Positions 37,052-47,511 of a stretch of 64,000 nt of DNA are shown piece by piece. How positions within the stretch are numbered: position 1 is the first letter of the stretch; each line of letters begins with the position of its first letter. The position numbers were made by a program, and so were the translations under genes. The notes under the pieces are model-generated. The model did not search any database and was not told where the DNA came from. It saw nothing but the letters and a program-made list of their open reading frames with translations. The stretch lies in assembly GCA_000146465.1 (NCBI GenBank), contig CP001947.1; one strand, written 5' to 3'.

Positions 37052-39466
37052 TCACTCCTCATCAAAGTTCACAACCCTTCTCTCAACCAGGTAGTTCTCG
37101 TCCATAAGTCTTTTGTAGAAGTCCTTGTCGCTCTGGATACTTTGTCCCACCTTCTTAGACACAAAGATAATATATCCAACAACCACTCCAAGCACAATAA
37201 ACTCCGTATTGCTCAGCCCAAGCAGCAGGGTCACTGCATTGTACATGTACCAAATCCCAAACAGAACAGAGATAAAGGCATTGACCTTGCAGAGTTCTCT
37301 GACAAGTGCTCGGAAGGTATAGTTCTCGGGAGATGAACTTAGAATGGTTTCCACAATCGAAGTGGAACTAAAGAAAAACAGAAACAGCCTCAGAGGCCGC
37401 ACTCCCGTGATGTTCGTCCCGTCATTCGACAGCACAATCACCATTAGGCTCCCGAAAAGAGGATACACTGTGTTTATGTATACATTCACAACCCCGTGCT
37501 TGCACAACTCTCCAATCGTCTGCAGGAAGCCCTTCTCTTCCTTCACAATGCTCGTTGTAACATGGATTACAATCCAAGAAATCCGAAAGAGAAAAGCTAG
37601 TGCCAAGTAGAATAAGATGTCCCCGGAGTCTCGGATATATGCATCTATATTGATTCCCCGGACAATGTGCTTGGCTATAAAGACATATCCGGTGTAAATA
37701 CAATAGAAGGACAGAATAACAGATAGACTTATCAACCCGCACCTTAAGGCAAACTGCCTCGGAACATAGAAAATGGCAAAATCCGAGGACAAGCGGGAAT
37801 TGAAGTATCTGCAGATCTCTCTTTCGGTTGGCCTCCTTTGCTCTCTTGCTCTGATATGCTGTCTCCTGAAGATCTTGTTCCTGTTCACACACCACATCAG
37901 CATTCGTTTATCACATCCCACTGCCCGGGCATTGTAAAGAAAGTTTTCCATCCCAAGCATCCGGGCTTCCAGCCTTACAACCCTGTTGAGCCCTTTAACC
38001 ACATAATCACAAAGGATTCTGTTGGAATACAAGAGCATTGTAAAGGTTTTATATGTAAGAGACAGTTTCAGAAAGCTTCTTATCGAGAACCTTATCTCAA
38101 TTTCCCCACAAGCCCATCGCATCATTGTAAGCCCTATCCCGTAGAACAGGGAAAAGGCCACCAGGTAAGTAATGACCCGGAGGAATATTCTTGAGATTCC
38201 TATCTTTGATGCCTCGTACAGTTCGTCCATGCGAGAGTCGTCATCGTCGGGAACAAAGTGCAGGACACCAGGCCGGAAACATCTTTTGAATCTAAGGAAG
38301 ACATTTCTTATTACAATGCTAAATGTATATCCAATCGACATGTGGAATACCAGCGAAACTCCTCCCTTCAAGACAACACTGTGCTCACTGCTCAGATGTA
38401 GTACATACACTCCCTTGTTCAGTATGTTTCCAAACATGTAGTGGAGAACCAGACCAAACGTTAGGTTCATGAAGAATATGTTCAGCATTATTATAAAGTA
38501 TATCTTCATGAAAATACATACATACTTTATCTTACTAATGCAGAACCTTTTCCGAACATCTTCTGCAAGGCTCATGATTGCCCAGAAAACCATGCCGAAT
38601 CCTACTAGTCTAGTGTACAAGCCTTCGAGATTCATTGCAGAGAGGAACTCATTAAAGGGCCCGTAGATCTTGGGAACGGAAATGTATCTCCCCATTGCAT
38701 ACATTAAAGGTATAAATGAAACAGGTAGAGTCATCCCAATGGCCCCTGATATTATTGGCTTGAAGAGAAAATTGTTCATAGGATCACTCAGCCTTCTGAA
38801 ATTAGTTCTCTCAACACCTGTGGTCTCGGAAATCTCTCTAGAAACAGATACGTTGGAATCCGAGGATAGATTCTCATCTATTCTACCCCCTTCATCCTCT
38901 CTAGACCCCTCCTCCCGCGGCTCTCTCTCTAGAGACTCTAGTATTGCGCGTGGATTCATCGTCATCCTCCTCCTTCTTATGTCTTCTCCAAACCTTTCTC
39001 TAATTTGGTTAAATAAACATCGGTTGACTTGCGCCAGCCATGCAAACGGAATCCCAACTGCTATCCACACCAGAATGTCTCCGAGCTCGGCCCTGGCGTT
39101 GGAATCATACAATCCTGTTGACACCATGAAAAAGTATCCATTGAAATAGAACACTACTATCCACTTCACCATCTGTAGGATACACCATGCAAGCACAGTC
39201 CCAACCCTCTGTCCTATACCTGCCACCCCCTTTATAAGTACCGATAGAGGCAGCACCTGGGGAGTGTCTGGCTTGTAGATGTCTCGGAACTTGTATTCAT
39301 AGTGGCATATATCGCACCTCTTGATCTTCGAACACTCCATCCACGACATCAAGCATTCCTTATGAATATACTTGATTGTTCCTGAGCACCGGCATGGACT
39401 GCACAGCTCGTCTCCCCTTACATCTCCCGTATGGCAGATCTTGCAGTTCCTTTTTTCTTCGCTCAT
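37052..39466 (-). CDS. ERAD E3 ubiquitin ligase Doa10/MARCH6-like (RING-CH plus polytopic membrane domain)
   Basis: N-terminal RING-CH CKICH...CSPCRCSGTIKYIHKECLMSWM...CDICHYEY followed by many TM helices. Confidence 0.7.
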   Translation of the reverse strand: MSEEKRNCKICHTGDVRGDELCSPCRCSGTIKYIHKECLMSWMECSKIKRCDICHYEYKFRDIYKPDTPQVLPLSVLIKGVAGIGQRVGTVLAWCILQMVKWIVVFYFNGYFFMVSTGLYDSNARAELGDILVWIAVGIPFAWLAQVNRCLFNQIRERFGEDIRRRRMTMNPRAILESLEREPREEGSREDEGGRIDENLSSDSNVSVSREISETTGVERTNFRRLSDPMNNFLFKPIISGAIGMTLPVSFIPLMYAMGRYISVPKIYGPFNEFLSAMNLEGLYTRLVGFGMVFWAIMSLAEDVRKRFCISKIKYVCIFMKIYFIIMLNIFFMNLTFGLVLHYMFGNILNKGVYVLHLSSEHSVVLKGGVSLVFHMSIGYTFSIVIRNVFLRFKRCFRPGVLHFVPDDDDSRMDELYEASKIGISRIFLRVITYLVAFSLFYGIGLTMMRWACGEIEIRFSIRSFLKLSLTYKTFTMLLYSNRILCDYVVKGLNRVVRLEARMLGMENFLYNARAVGCDKRMLMWCVNRNKIFRRQHIRAREQRRPTEREICRYFNSRLSSDFAIFYVPRQFALRCGLISLSVILSFYCIYTGYVFIAKHIVRGINIDAYIRDSGDILFYLALAFLFRISWIVIHVTTSIVKEEKGFLQTIGELCKHGVVNVYINTVYPLFGSLMVIVLSNDGTNITGVRPLRLFLFFFSSTSIVETILSSSPENYTFRALVRELCKVNAFISVLFGIWYMYNAVTLLLGLSNTEFIVLGVVVGYIIFVSKKVGQSIQSDKDFYKRLMDENYLVERRVVNFDEE

Positions 39467-39560
39467 AGGGGTACTTCATTTTGCCGAGAATCAAGCAATA
39501 AATAACATAAGTAGATACAAAAAACACCAATCGAGTGGTAAGAACTTTATTGACCCCGGT

Positions 39561-40151
39561 CTATAGATTCACAACAGTAAACAGAAGCATCACCCCTTTT
39601 CTCTCGAAGTGTTTCTTCAGCGCCAAATCCACGGCATAGCTCAATCCCTCCTCTTCCAGAGAAAGCACATCCTCTACAAACTCAAGTATCTCCTGCGCCC
39701 CTGTGATGGCATCCGACGGTGTGTCCTTAATATCGAAGTTCACCATGAAAAAGTGTTTTGTGCACGAAGGCGTATCTACATAGTACTCAAATATGCTGGT
39801 AAACACCCTCTCCTCACATGTTATCACTAGATCAAAGTCTTCACACCTCTGGAAGAAGTTCTCGGGCTTCTCCTTTACTCCCATGTTTCGTTCCAGTAGA
39901 TACAAAATCCCAGACTCTCTGTAGTAGTCTTCGTTTTTCATACACAAATCGTTATAAATCTTTTGGTAGGTCCAGTCAAAGCTATACACATTCGGCTTAT
40001 CTATTGCTTCCCCCGGGAGTTTTATAACGGGGCTGGTGCCAAAGGACTTGATTGGAATTCCCTTCTTCATAAACAGGTCATGTGTCTGCATGCTTCTATT
40101 CTGATTCATTGCACAGCTGACTGCAAGCTTCATTAGGGGCATCCCATTCAT
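39561..40151 (-). CDS. SSU72: RNA polymerase II CTD phosphatase Ssu72
   Basis: Active-site CxxNxNRSM motif (VSCAMNQNRSMQTHD); LPGEAIDKPNVYSF; FDLVITCEERVF; 196 aa. Confidence 0.85.
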   Translation of the reverse strand: MNGMPLMKLAVSCAMNQNRSMQTHDLFMKKGIPIKSFGTSPVIKLPGEAIDKPNVYSFDWTYQKIYNDLCMKNEDYYRESGILYLLERNMGVKEKPENFFQRCEDFDLVITCEERVFTSIFEYYVDTPSCTKHFFMVNFDIKDTPSDAITGAQEILEFVEDVLSLEEEGLSYAVDLALKKHFERKGVMLLFTVVNL

Positions 40152-40195
40152 TCAAGGTAAAGCAAAGAACTTTCGCTATCTTGTGCCTACAAGCT

Positions 40196-40663
40196 CTAGT
40201 CTTCTTGGCTGCTTTCCGAGCTGGAGTCGTTCAGGAAATTCACCATGGGCAATGAAGGAAACGGAGGAAGATACAAGCTGGTGCTTTCATACCCAGGCGG
40301 GTACAATCTGTTCTGCCCCACAATTCCAGAGTGCGACACTAGCCCTCCAAGGTCCACATCAAACTCCTCTCCATTTTCCAACTTCTCCATTGTTTTGATC
40401 CGCTCCTCAATCCATAAGATTCCATCGTACATCCTCCTTTTCATTCCAAGGGCCTCAGACGACTTTTCCTCAATCACATCGTTCCATTTGTGGGCGTTGA
40501 ATGCAAGGGTCTCCCTTAAAGAAAGCCTCTCAAGTTCGGAATACGATATTTCGTCGTTCAGATACCTCTTAAGGCCTGCCAGAAACTCCTCGCTAACCTC
40601 CCTGTATAACCTGTCCATTAAGGGATAAAAATCCAATAGAACCATTAAAACTTTATTCCTCAT
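40196..40663 (-). CDS. hypothetical protein (155 aa)
   Basis: ATG start; acidic C-terminus; its 5' end overlaps the stop of the upstream FHA gene by about 11 nt. Confidence 0.4.
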   Translation of the reverse strand: MRNKVLMVLLDFYPLMDRLYREVSEEFLAGLKRYLNDEISYSELERLSLRETLAFNAHKWNDVIEEKSSEALGMKRRMYDGILWIEERIKTMEKLENGEEFDVDLGGLVSHSGIVGQNRLYPPGYESTSLYLPPFPSLPMVNFLNDSSSESSQED

Positions 40664-41939
40664 TCACATTCTTCTTGGTCTTGTCGGGCTCAGGACCCTC
40701 ATCCTCTGTCTTTTCCTTGGCCTTCTTGGTGCCTTTCCTTTTCTTACTCACTCTTGGCGAGGACTCAGAAACCCGCTTTCTTCCTCTAATCGAAGCTTTT
40801 CTGGGTTGTACAGTATCATTCTCTTCGCTCCCCCTTTCCAGGAGTCTCATCGCACTCGATCTCTTTTTCCTTCCTACTCCCTTCCCTTCTGTATCTTCTT
40901 TTCTTTCCTCGTCTTCCTTCTTTTCTTCTCCTACGATACCCCGTTCCTCTTCCTTATTCACTTCCCTTTCTAGTTCAATCCGGCTTATAACATCACTAGC
41001 TATTGCATTTTTTATGTCACTCGATGATAACACTTCCTTAACCTCTTCCCTAATGTCTTCTTTGACATCTCCCATAAACTCTCTCTTCAGATCTTCTCGC
41101 AATTCCTCCTTGATATTATCCTTGACATTCTGTTTCAACTCGTCAAGACCCTCTTCTATAACCCCATTCTCATTCCTCATCTTCTCATCAACCACCTTTT
41201 CTGCTGTGTCCAGAATCTCCTTCTCTATCATCACCTCTCCAAGGTCTCTTGAGTTCTTCCGGCCCATCGATGGAAGAACAGGCGTGTCAACAACAGATAT
41301 CTCAATCGATTCCTTGATCTCCTTATTAAGAACCTCCTTCTGCTCCTCAATAGCCTGCTTCACACATGATACCCCTTCTCCATCTTCTCCCTTGCATAGT
41401 GAGATGTTCACTCCCGCTACCTTATTCAGTGCAATCGAAATAACCGCTTCTCCAATCCCCTCGTTCTTTTCAGACTCTCCTCCTAGGGTCTTCTCCTTCT
41501 TTTCAAATTCTAAACAGGGTCTTTCTCTCCCCTCTCCATTCAGGTAGCTCAGTTCCATCGTAGGCCTTCTAATGATCTTGTCCTCGTCTACAAAGTCCCC
41601 AGGCTCCGTCAAAGAAAACATAAACCTGTATCTGTTTATCCTTAGAACATCTCCAAATCCGAAGCCATATACAGATTCCTTCTCAAGAGCCTCCTCGTTC
41701 AAAAACACATTGTTCCCAAGCACCCGGATCTTCATTTGCTCAAAGTACACCATCACATGGTTTTCCTCCACCGATGGCTGTTGCAGCCGTACATCTGCAT
41801 CTAGCCCGCTCCCTATTGTTATCTCTGTCTCATTGGTAAATGCAATGCTCCGCACCTTATCGTCGCTCCCTAATGATGATAGTTTGTATTTCTCTCCCAT
41901 CAGTTCAAGGGCTTCCAAAGAGGATTCACATATCTTCAA
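40653..41939 (-). CDS. FHA-domain protein with Glu/Lys-rich region and basic C-terminus
   Basis: N-terminal FHA-like segment (TIGSGLDADVRLQQP...NHVMVYF...GDVLRINRYRFMF). Confidence 0.5.
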   Translation of the reverse strand: MKICESSLEALELMGEKYKLSSLGSDDKVRSIAFTNETEITIGSGLDADVRLQQPSVEENHVMVYFEQMKIRVLGNNVFLNEEALEKESVYGFGFGDVLRINRYRFMFSLTEPGDFVDEDKIIRRPTMELSYLNGEGRERPCLEFEKKEKTLGGESEKNEGIGEAVISIALNKVAGVNISLCKGEDGEGVSCVKQAIEEQKEVLNKEIKESIEISVVDTPVLPSMGRKNSRDLGEVMIEKEILDTAEKVVDEKMRNENGVIEEGLDELKQNVKDNIKEELREDLKREFMGDVKEDIREEVKEVLSSSDIKNAIASDVISRIELEREVNKEEERGIVGEEKKEDEERKEDTEGKGVGRKKRSSAMRLLERGSEENDTVQPRKASIRGRKRVSESSPRVSKKRKGTKKAKEKTEDEGPEPDKTKKNVNEE

Positions 41940-41968
41940 ACAAACACCGCAGATAGTAAAAGAGGGAT

Positions 41969-43633
41969 TTATTCAACTTTGATCACAATACTCTTTTCTG
42001 CATTTCTATTCAGATACTCTCCACACCCCACAAATACCTTACATTCACATGCCTTCTTTAGCTCTCCAGAGTCAATGCTGAATCTAACCTTAGCCTTTTT
42101 CGAAAAGTCGTCTATAATCTGTATCTTCCCATAGATAACATTGTCTATGGTCAACATCACAATCCACTTGACAAAAAAGGATTCCTTCATGAAAGGTGCA
42201 TGCACTATAACTTCTCCTTTCTTTTCATCAAGATAGCACTCTCGCTCAAGGGTCACGTTGATTGTTGCAATGCTACCCCCGGGAATCACATACACCGCTT
42301 GCTCAGACCTCCCGTTCCGTACCCCTTCCTCCCCTTCATTCCGGGTAACAAGATTTTCTGTCTCAGACTCAGAGACATCACTAATGTCCTTGACAACCCC
42401 TGTCTCAATCACAGATGCACTGAACTCACTTATCTTAATTACAGGAATGCTTCTGTATACATTCATTCCAGACTCTAGATTGCTTCCTGAGAAGAAAGCC
42501 CTTAGACACTCCTCCTCAGACATCTTCTCCTTCCTATTCTCCTGGATAAATAAGTCTTCAAACCTCACAAAGGGAATCTCCAGCATCCAATACTTCGGAT
42601 CAAATACCGCCTGGATAATCATCGACTCAAGAACCACAAGGCTCTTCACAACATTTCCGTATCTCTTTGCAATTCCAATCGCCTTCATCCCCTCTATCAG
42701 CCGAAGAGATGCTTTTTGCACATACTCCACATCGCTCTTTGCCGCCTGTCCAGTCCTAAACAAATGATCCATCAACACAAGATATCCCTTCCCCTCCTTT
42801 CCACAGTCTCGTAGTGGATATCCAAATCCGCTTTCAATCCGTCCCCGAAGACCCTCTACATTGCTCTTCCATCCATACTCCATAAACTCAACCGACCTCG
42901 TCATAAGGGCCATCAGCTTTTCCACCACGTCATGGTTGTACTTTCCCTGGTTCATCCTGTCATCGATCTTCTCATAAAACATCTCCATCGTTCGGAAGTT
43001 CACTCCCACCCTGTTAAGGTCACGAATTTCCTTCCACTTCCTGTATGCCCACCGGGGAAGCAGTACCCCCAAAAGTAGAGAGTACAACACAAATGCGTAA
43101 ATCCCCTGGCTAACAATCATCTTAGGAATCGCTACAATCTCCCCAGTCTTCGACTCCCTGTTCAGCCACGTCTCGTATTTTTTCTTGTTGCTCACAAGCC
43201 CATACGCCCTGTTGATCATCTTCTGCTTTTCTTCATACTCTTTCCGAAGCTCCTCCGGTGCCTTTCCAAGGTTGTATTTCATCAAGAGCATTCTCAACCT
43301 CTTCTTAATCTCCTTCTCTCCCGCATCCTCGTCTATCCCAAGCACCTCCAAAGGGTTAAATCCCTTCTTGTACTCAATCTTCAAAGTTCGGATATTCCCA
43401 ACCAAATACGATATAACAATCCATATAATAATTGTAAATACCTTCCTCTTAGTCTTCCTCTTCACATTCTTGTTTTTACATCCAGGGCAAAAGCACCGTA
43501 CCCTTCGGATCGGCGTACTATCAACCAAGTCGTATGTCATATACAAAGCCACAGGAACCAGCATCGATAGCAACAAATAGCTCGAGGCAAGCCCCGACTC
43601 ATCATACTCGTAGTCATATGCCATCAAGGGCAT
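41969..43633 (-). CDS. Sec63-like ER translocon subunit (3 TM plus lumenal J-like domain plus Brl domain)
   Basis: TM1-TM2, then the J-domain-like NPLEVLGIDEDAGEKEIKKRLRMLLMKYNLGK with the HPD tripeptide degenerated to NLG, then TM3 and a cytosolic Sec63/Brl-like region. Confidence 0.6.
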   Translation of the reverse strand: MPLMAYDYEYDESGLASSYLLLSMLVPVALYMTYDLVDSTPIRRVRCFCPGCKNKNVKRKTKRKVFTIIIWIVISYLVGNIRTLKIEYKKGFNPLEVLGIDEDAGEKEIKKRLRMLLMKYNLGKAPEELRKEYEEKQKMINRAYGLVSNKKKYETWLNRESKTGEIVAIPKMIVSQGIYAFVLYSLLLGVLLPRWAYRKWKEIRDLNRVGVNFRTMEMFYEKIDDRMNQGKYNHDVVEKLMALMTRSVEFMEYGWKSNVEGLRGRIESGFGYPLRDCGKEGKGYLVLMDHLFRTGQAAKSDVEYVQKASLRLIEGMKAIGIAKRYGNVVKSLVVLESMIIQAVFDPKYWMLEIPFVRFEDLFIQENRKEKMSEEECLRAFFSGSNLESGMNVYRSIPVIKISEFSASVIETGVVKDISDVSESETENLVTRNEGEEGVRNGRSEQAVYVIPGGSIATINVTLERECYLDEKKGEVIVHAPFMKESFFVKWIVMLTIDNVIYGKIQIIDDFSKKAKVRFSIDSGELKKACECKVFVGCGEYLNRNAEKSIVIKVE

Positions 43634-43691
43634 TTGTTGATTTCCAAAAAAACAAAAATTTAATCTCTATTCATCCAGGGTCTCCATCCCC

Positions 43692-45815
43692 TCAGGGAAG
43701 GTACTCCAGATAGCCTTCATCAGCTCTACAATACTCCTTCTCAATCAGCTTCCCAATGGCCTTCATCACAGTCTTCTCGTCGTTCCCAGACTCCTCCTCG
43801 ATAATTTTGACCATCCCAGGAACTTCAATTCTCTTTCTTCTCTTCAATATTCTCATGATCCTAGCCTCCAAAACCGCATCAAAAGCCCCCACCGTTTCCA
43901 TCTCTCTCTTGGTTGTGGCTTCCCCAAACTCAATTTCAAACAGATCCACAATCTCACAGCCTTCTTCTCCCTCCATGTCTTCTCCATTTCTATCCAAGGT
44001 CAGATTCCACTCAGAGTCCATAAGACACACCCGGTCCTTGTATTTCTTTCTAATATAGCTGTACTCCTTGAGGGAAAACATCCTGTTCAGTGACAAAACC
44101 CCGTCCTTGCACCCAACAAATCCGTTCGATAGAAGATACTCAAGGTTTCCCTCAAATCCAGAACCTCCGACACATCTTCCAGCATCACTCATCTCTCTAT
44201 CAACATCCAACCACAGCATTATCAGAACCTTGTCCATGCTCATCCGGAAGTAGAACCCGTTGATCGAAAATATCATCCATGATAGATTATGGCAGCACTC
44301 CAATTCTCCCCGCGGATATTTCATCATCTTTGGCCGCGACACAATTCCCCAAATGTCCTTCAGGGGCTGGGGGAGATTCTCTCCACTTGCCCTCAGGTCG
44401 TAGAACCCCTTTGTCAGAAACCTTGTCTCTGTAATCAGTTCTATGTCTTGCCCTGCGATGCAGAAATCGTTTCGGTCGTAGTTCACCTGATTTTCATACA
44501 TTATGCTCATACTTCTGTTAATACTAGTCCCTATATATCTCTCCATCAATGAAACCAACATCCCTTCTCTTTTTTGTGACCCTCTCCATCCCAACATTCT
44601 CCTTCTTGCATCTTCTGTTATCTTTCCAACAATCCCTTCCTTGTTTGACATAAGGCTTGCAAACACAACAAGAACCTCTATCTCTCCTTCCGTCTCCTCT
44701 CCATTCCTTACTGCCCTGTCAATGTGCTTGTGAATCTCATCCTCAAACCCAAGTCTGCCCGAAATGTGAAGGTACTTCCTTATCTCCTCGTTGAGATGCA
44801 GAATCAGTTCCTCCTCATTCATAAGATTCTCCTTCATCTGCTTGCGGATCCGAAGATACTCCGTCTTCAGATCCCCCAGACTCTCAGTCCCAAGTATCTT
44901 CCTTCTCATAACTTCCTTGTACTTTTCCGCAACCCTTGCCATATACTCAGGTTCCATGAAGTGGATGATCTTTACATACAGCTTAAACTTCTCAAACTTC
45001 TCCATCCTCTGCACAACCACCTTCAAAACATCGTCAAACCTGTCCTGCACCCTACATGCAATCCCCTTGTACAGCTTGTTGTTATCTGGATCAAAAACCT
45101 TTGAAGCAATGTATATCTCCAGATACACCCTTTTTAGAACCTTGTTGATCTCTCCGTCGAAGTCCATCGATGCATGGAATCCCTCGAGGTATTTCCGCAT
45201 CATGTCCTCATACTCCAAGGATTCGTCACAGAAAAACAACATTCTCTTGAGAAGCCGGACTGTCTCCGCTAGCCGCAGGAAGTTGTAATCCTTGCATCCC
45301 CGTGAAACCCCAATCTCAAAGAACACTATGTCCTTGGCTTGTCCCACCACTCTTTCCATGTATCTTCTGTAGAAGACCGTATTCCCAAGTGTCCGGATGT
45401 CCTGGATGTGTCCATCCCTTCTCTCCAGGCTGATCCGGATAAAGTATCTTTCCAAGTACGAGTAAGCCTTGGCCACCAGATCCAAGGCATTGGAGAACTC
45501 CAGCAGCTGGCTGTGCAGGGTCTTCAGAGATGTAAAACACCTCAGCCCATCCACATACGCCAGAAGCGTCTTCTTCAAGCACTCATAAACTTTTGCTCCT
45601 CTTGTCTCAAATATCGGAGTCGCCTCTGTGCAGTGACTGTATATGGTGTCGTATACTTCCATAAAGTCCTTCGAGGAAGATGCCTTATGGTTACAAAGAA
45701 GAGACATGGTTAAATCCTCCAGCCTCTCCAACTCCTGTATACCCATTCGTGGGTATGTCCAATAAACATAAATGCTTCCTCGGACATCGAATCGAGCCGC
45801 AGGAACAAACGGCAT
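43692..45815 (-). CDS. cullin
   Basis: N-terminal FMEVYDTIYSHC region, cullin homology domain, and C-terminal winged-helix/neddylation region (...EARIMRILKRRKRIEVPGMVKII...). Confidence 0.8.
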   Translation of the reverse strand: MPFVPAARFDVRGSIYVYWTYPRMGIQELERLEDLTMSLLCNHKASSSKDFMEVYDTIYSHCTEATPIFETRGAKVYECLKKTLLAYVDGLRCFTSLKTLHSQLLEFSNALDLVAKAYSYLERYFIRISLERRDGHIQDIRTLGNTVFYRRYMERVVGQAKDIVFFEIGVSRGCKDYNFLRLAETVRLLKRMLFFCDESLEYEDMMRKYLEGFHASMDFDGEINKVLKRVYLEIYIASKVFDPDNNKLYKGIACRVQDRFDDVLKVVVQRMEKFEKFKLYVKIIHFMEPEYMARVAEKYKEVMRRKILGTESLGDLKTEYLRIRKQMKENLMNEEELILHLNEEIRKYLHISGRLGFEDEIHKHIDRAVRNGEETEGEIEVLVVFASLMSNKEGIVGKITEDARRRMLGWRGSQKREGMLVSLMERYIGTSINRSMSIMYENQVNYDRNDFCIAGQDIELITETRFLTKGFYDLRASGENLPQPLKDIWGIVSRPKMMKYPRGELECCHNLSWMIFSINGFYFRMSMDKVLIMLWLDVDREMSDAGRCVGGSGFEGNLEYLLSNGFVGCKDGVLSLNRMFSLKEYSYIRKKYKDRVCLMDSEWNLTLDRNGEDMEGEEGCEIVDLFEIEFGEATTKREMETVGAFDAVLEARIMRILKRRKRIEVPGMVKIIEEESGNDEKTVMKAIGKLIEKEYCRADEGYLEYLP

Positions 45816-45843
45816 TCGGGAGACTCTTGGCCCAAAACAATCA

Positions 45844-46428
45844 TTATATCGAGTTTATTCTTTCTCTTATCATGTCCTCAAGATCACAAGGCTGGAGTAC
45901 ATTGAACATCTTCATCTTGGACAAGGCAAATATTGTATGGAGGTCGTTGTATTCGTTTAAAAAGTATGATAGCACCCCCTCTCGGCTTTCGCCTCTTCTG
46001 TTCTGCTTGATCACCAAAGAGCTTTCCAAATGGAGATAATGGAACTTCACATTGAACAAGACCAGCCGAAGAAATGCTGTGGCCTCTTCATCCTCGCCCA
46101 AAGACCCGATGGCCCTACAGATGTACTTCCCCAGGCTCTTCCATTTATAAATCATGTCGACTACCTTGCACTTTCCACTTTCCTCTGTGTATCCCTTTAT
46201 ATACATCATGATTGCCTCCATAAGCATCTTTATTCCCTCTTTCCTAGACTCCCCCATCATTGCATCTGCCTTGGCTCTCAAATCCTTTGCCTTTTGAAGA
46301 AGCAGACTTGTATCTGGGGCCTGGGGTTTCTGGAATGTTCCATATCCAAGCTTGTCGATTTCTGGGTTGCGGAAGATTTTTGACTCGACCAGCTTCTTTA
46401 TCCTGGAGGATATAGAGCTGTCCATCAA
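45844..46428 (-). CDS. hypothetical protein (194 aa)
   Basis: ATG start; no recognisable domain. Confidence 0.4.
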   Translation of the reverse strand: MMDSSISSRIKKLVESKIFRNPEIDKLGYGTFQKPQAPDTSLLLQKAKDLRAKADAMMGESRKEGIKMLMEAIMMYIKGYTEESGKCKVVDMIYKWKSLGKYICRAIGSLGEDEEATAFLRLVLFNVKFHYLHLESSLVIKQNRRGESREGVLSYFLNEYNDLHTIFALSKMKMFNVLQPCDLEDMIRERINSI

Positions 46429-46524
46429 GGGATGAAAATGGTGCTGAATAGTGGCTACCCCAGGGCGAGGAGGAAAGGCCCTGGAGGCCGAAGGATATCT
46501 TGAAAAATTTGCAGCCCCAGGAAA

Positions 46525-47413
46525 ATGGTAAGTGGCACATGGTAATTTTAAGAGTAATGCAAAGGGGACCAGGAACTACCACAAGAACTTCCAGGTGAAG
46601 AGAAGAAGAAGACGAGAGGGCAAGACCGACTACAAGCACAGAACCAATATGATTCGACAGGATTCCAACTCATACGGGTCTGTGAAGCACAGGCTGGTTG
46701 TCCGGATTACAAAGAGCCGGGTGATTTGCCAGATCACAGGAGCCTACATGGATGGAGACCGAGTGATGGTGTATGCAGACTCGTCTGAGCTGAAGAAGTA
46801 TGGAATCAACTTTGGGCTTACAAACTACTCTGCAGCATATGCAACTGGATTCCTGATTGGAAGAAGGGCACTGACAGCATTGTCTCTGGATGGAGTATAT
46901 GGGCCCAAGGAGATTGACGGGACATACAGTATTACGGAGGATGTTGATGGAGAGAGAAAGGCGCCCAAGGTGTTCCTCGACATTGGACTTGCAAGGTCCA
47001 CAAAGGGAGCAAAGGTGTTTGGAGCAATGAAGGGAGCATCTGATGCAGGACTGAACATCCCACACAGCGAGGTGAAGTTCTATGGGTACCAAGAGGATGG
47101 GAGCTTTGATGCAAAGGAGCTGCACGACAGGATTTTTGGATACAACGTCTCTGAGTACATGCAGAAGTTGCGGGACAGTGATGAAGAGAAGTACAAGACC
47201 CAGTTTTCAGACTATATCAAGAAAGGCATCTCGGCCGAGGACATTCCACAGATCTACAAGAGTGCTCTGGACAAGATTGCATCAGACCCATCGAAGGAAG
47301 CAAGGGAAGTGAAGGACTACTCTTCGCTTAAGAAGTACCGGCCGGTTCGACTTACATATGAGGAGCGCAAGGAGAGGATACAGGCCAAGCTTTCCACGAT
47401 TGAGAGCGAATAA
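46525..47413 (+). CDS. RPL5: 60S ribosomal protein L5 (uL18), two exons join(46525..46527,46553..47413)
   Basis: The ORF track begins at a GTG with an in-frame TAA immediately upstream. The ATG at 46525 is followed directly by gtaagtggcacatggtaattttaag; after splicing, [28 protein letters not shown]... matches the eukaryotic L5 N-terminus. Confidence 0.85.
46528..46552 (+). other. spliceosomal intron, 25 nt, immediately after the start codon
   Basis: GTAAGT...GGTAATTTTAAG; shares the ...GTA(GT)AATTTT(A)AG 3' element with the adenylate kinase intron; needed to give RPL5 an ATG and its conserved N-terminus. Confidence 0.75.
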
Positions 47414-47511
47414 ATTCTTTTTATCTGAACTTTTGGCTTTACTAACTGGATGAGGTTAGTATCTGTAGAAGGGTGTTTGGTGAAAAGAGGGTGAGGAGAG
47501 GGGCATTGCTA

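Noticed and set aside
40675-41547. 290-aa Ser/Phe/Leu-rich + strand ORF
   Set aside because: Antisense of the Glu/Lys-rich segment of the FHA-domain gene; low-complexity mirror ORF.
45316-46039. + strand ORFs overlapping the cullin gene
   Set aside because: Antisense or overlapping with the cullin CDS; no motifs.
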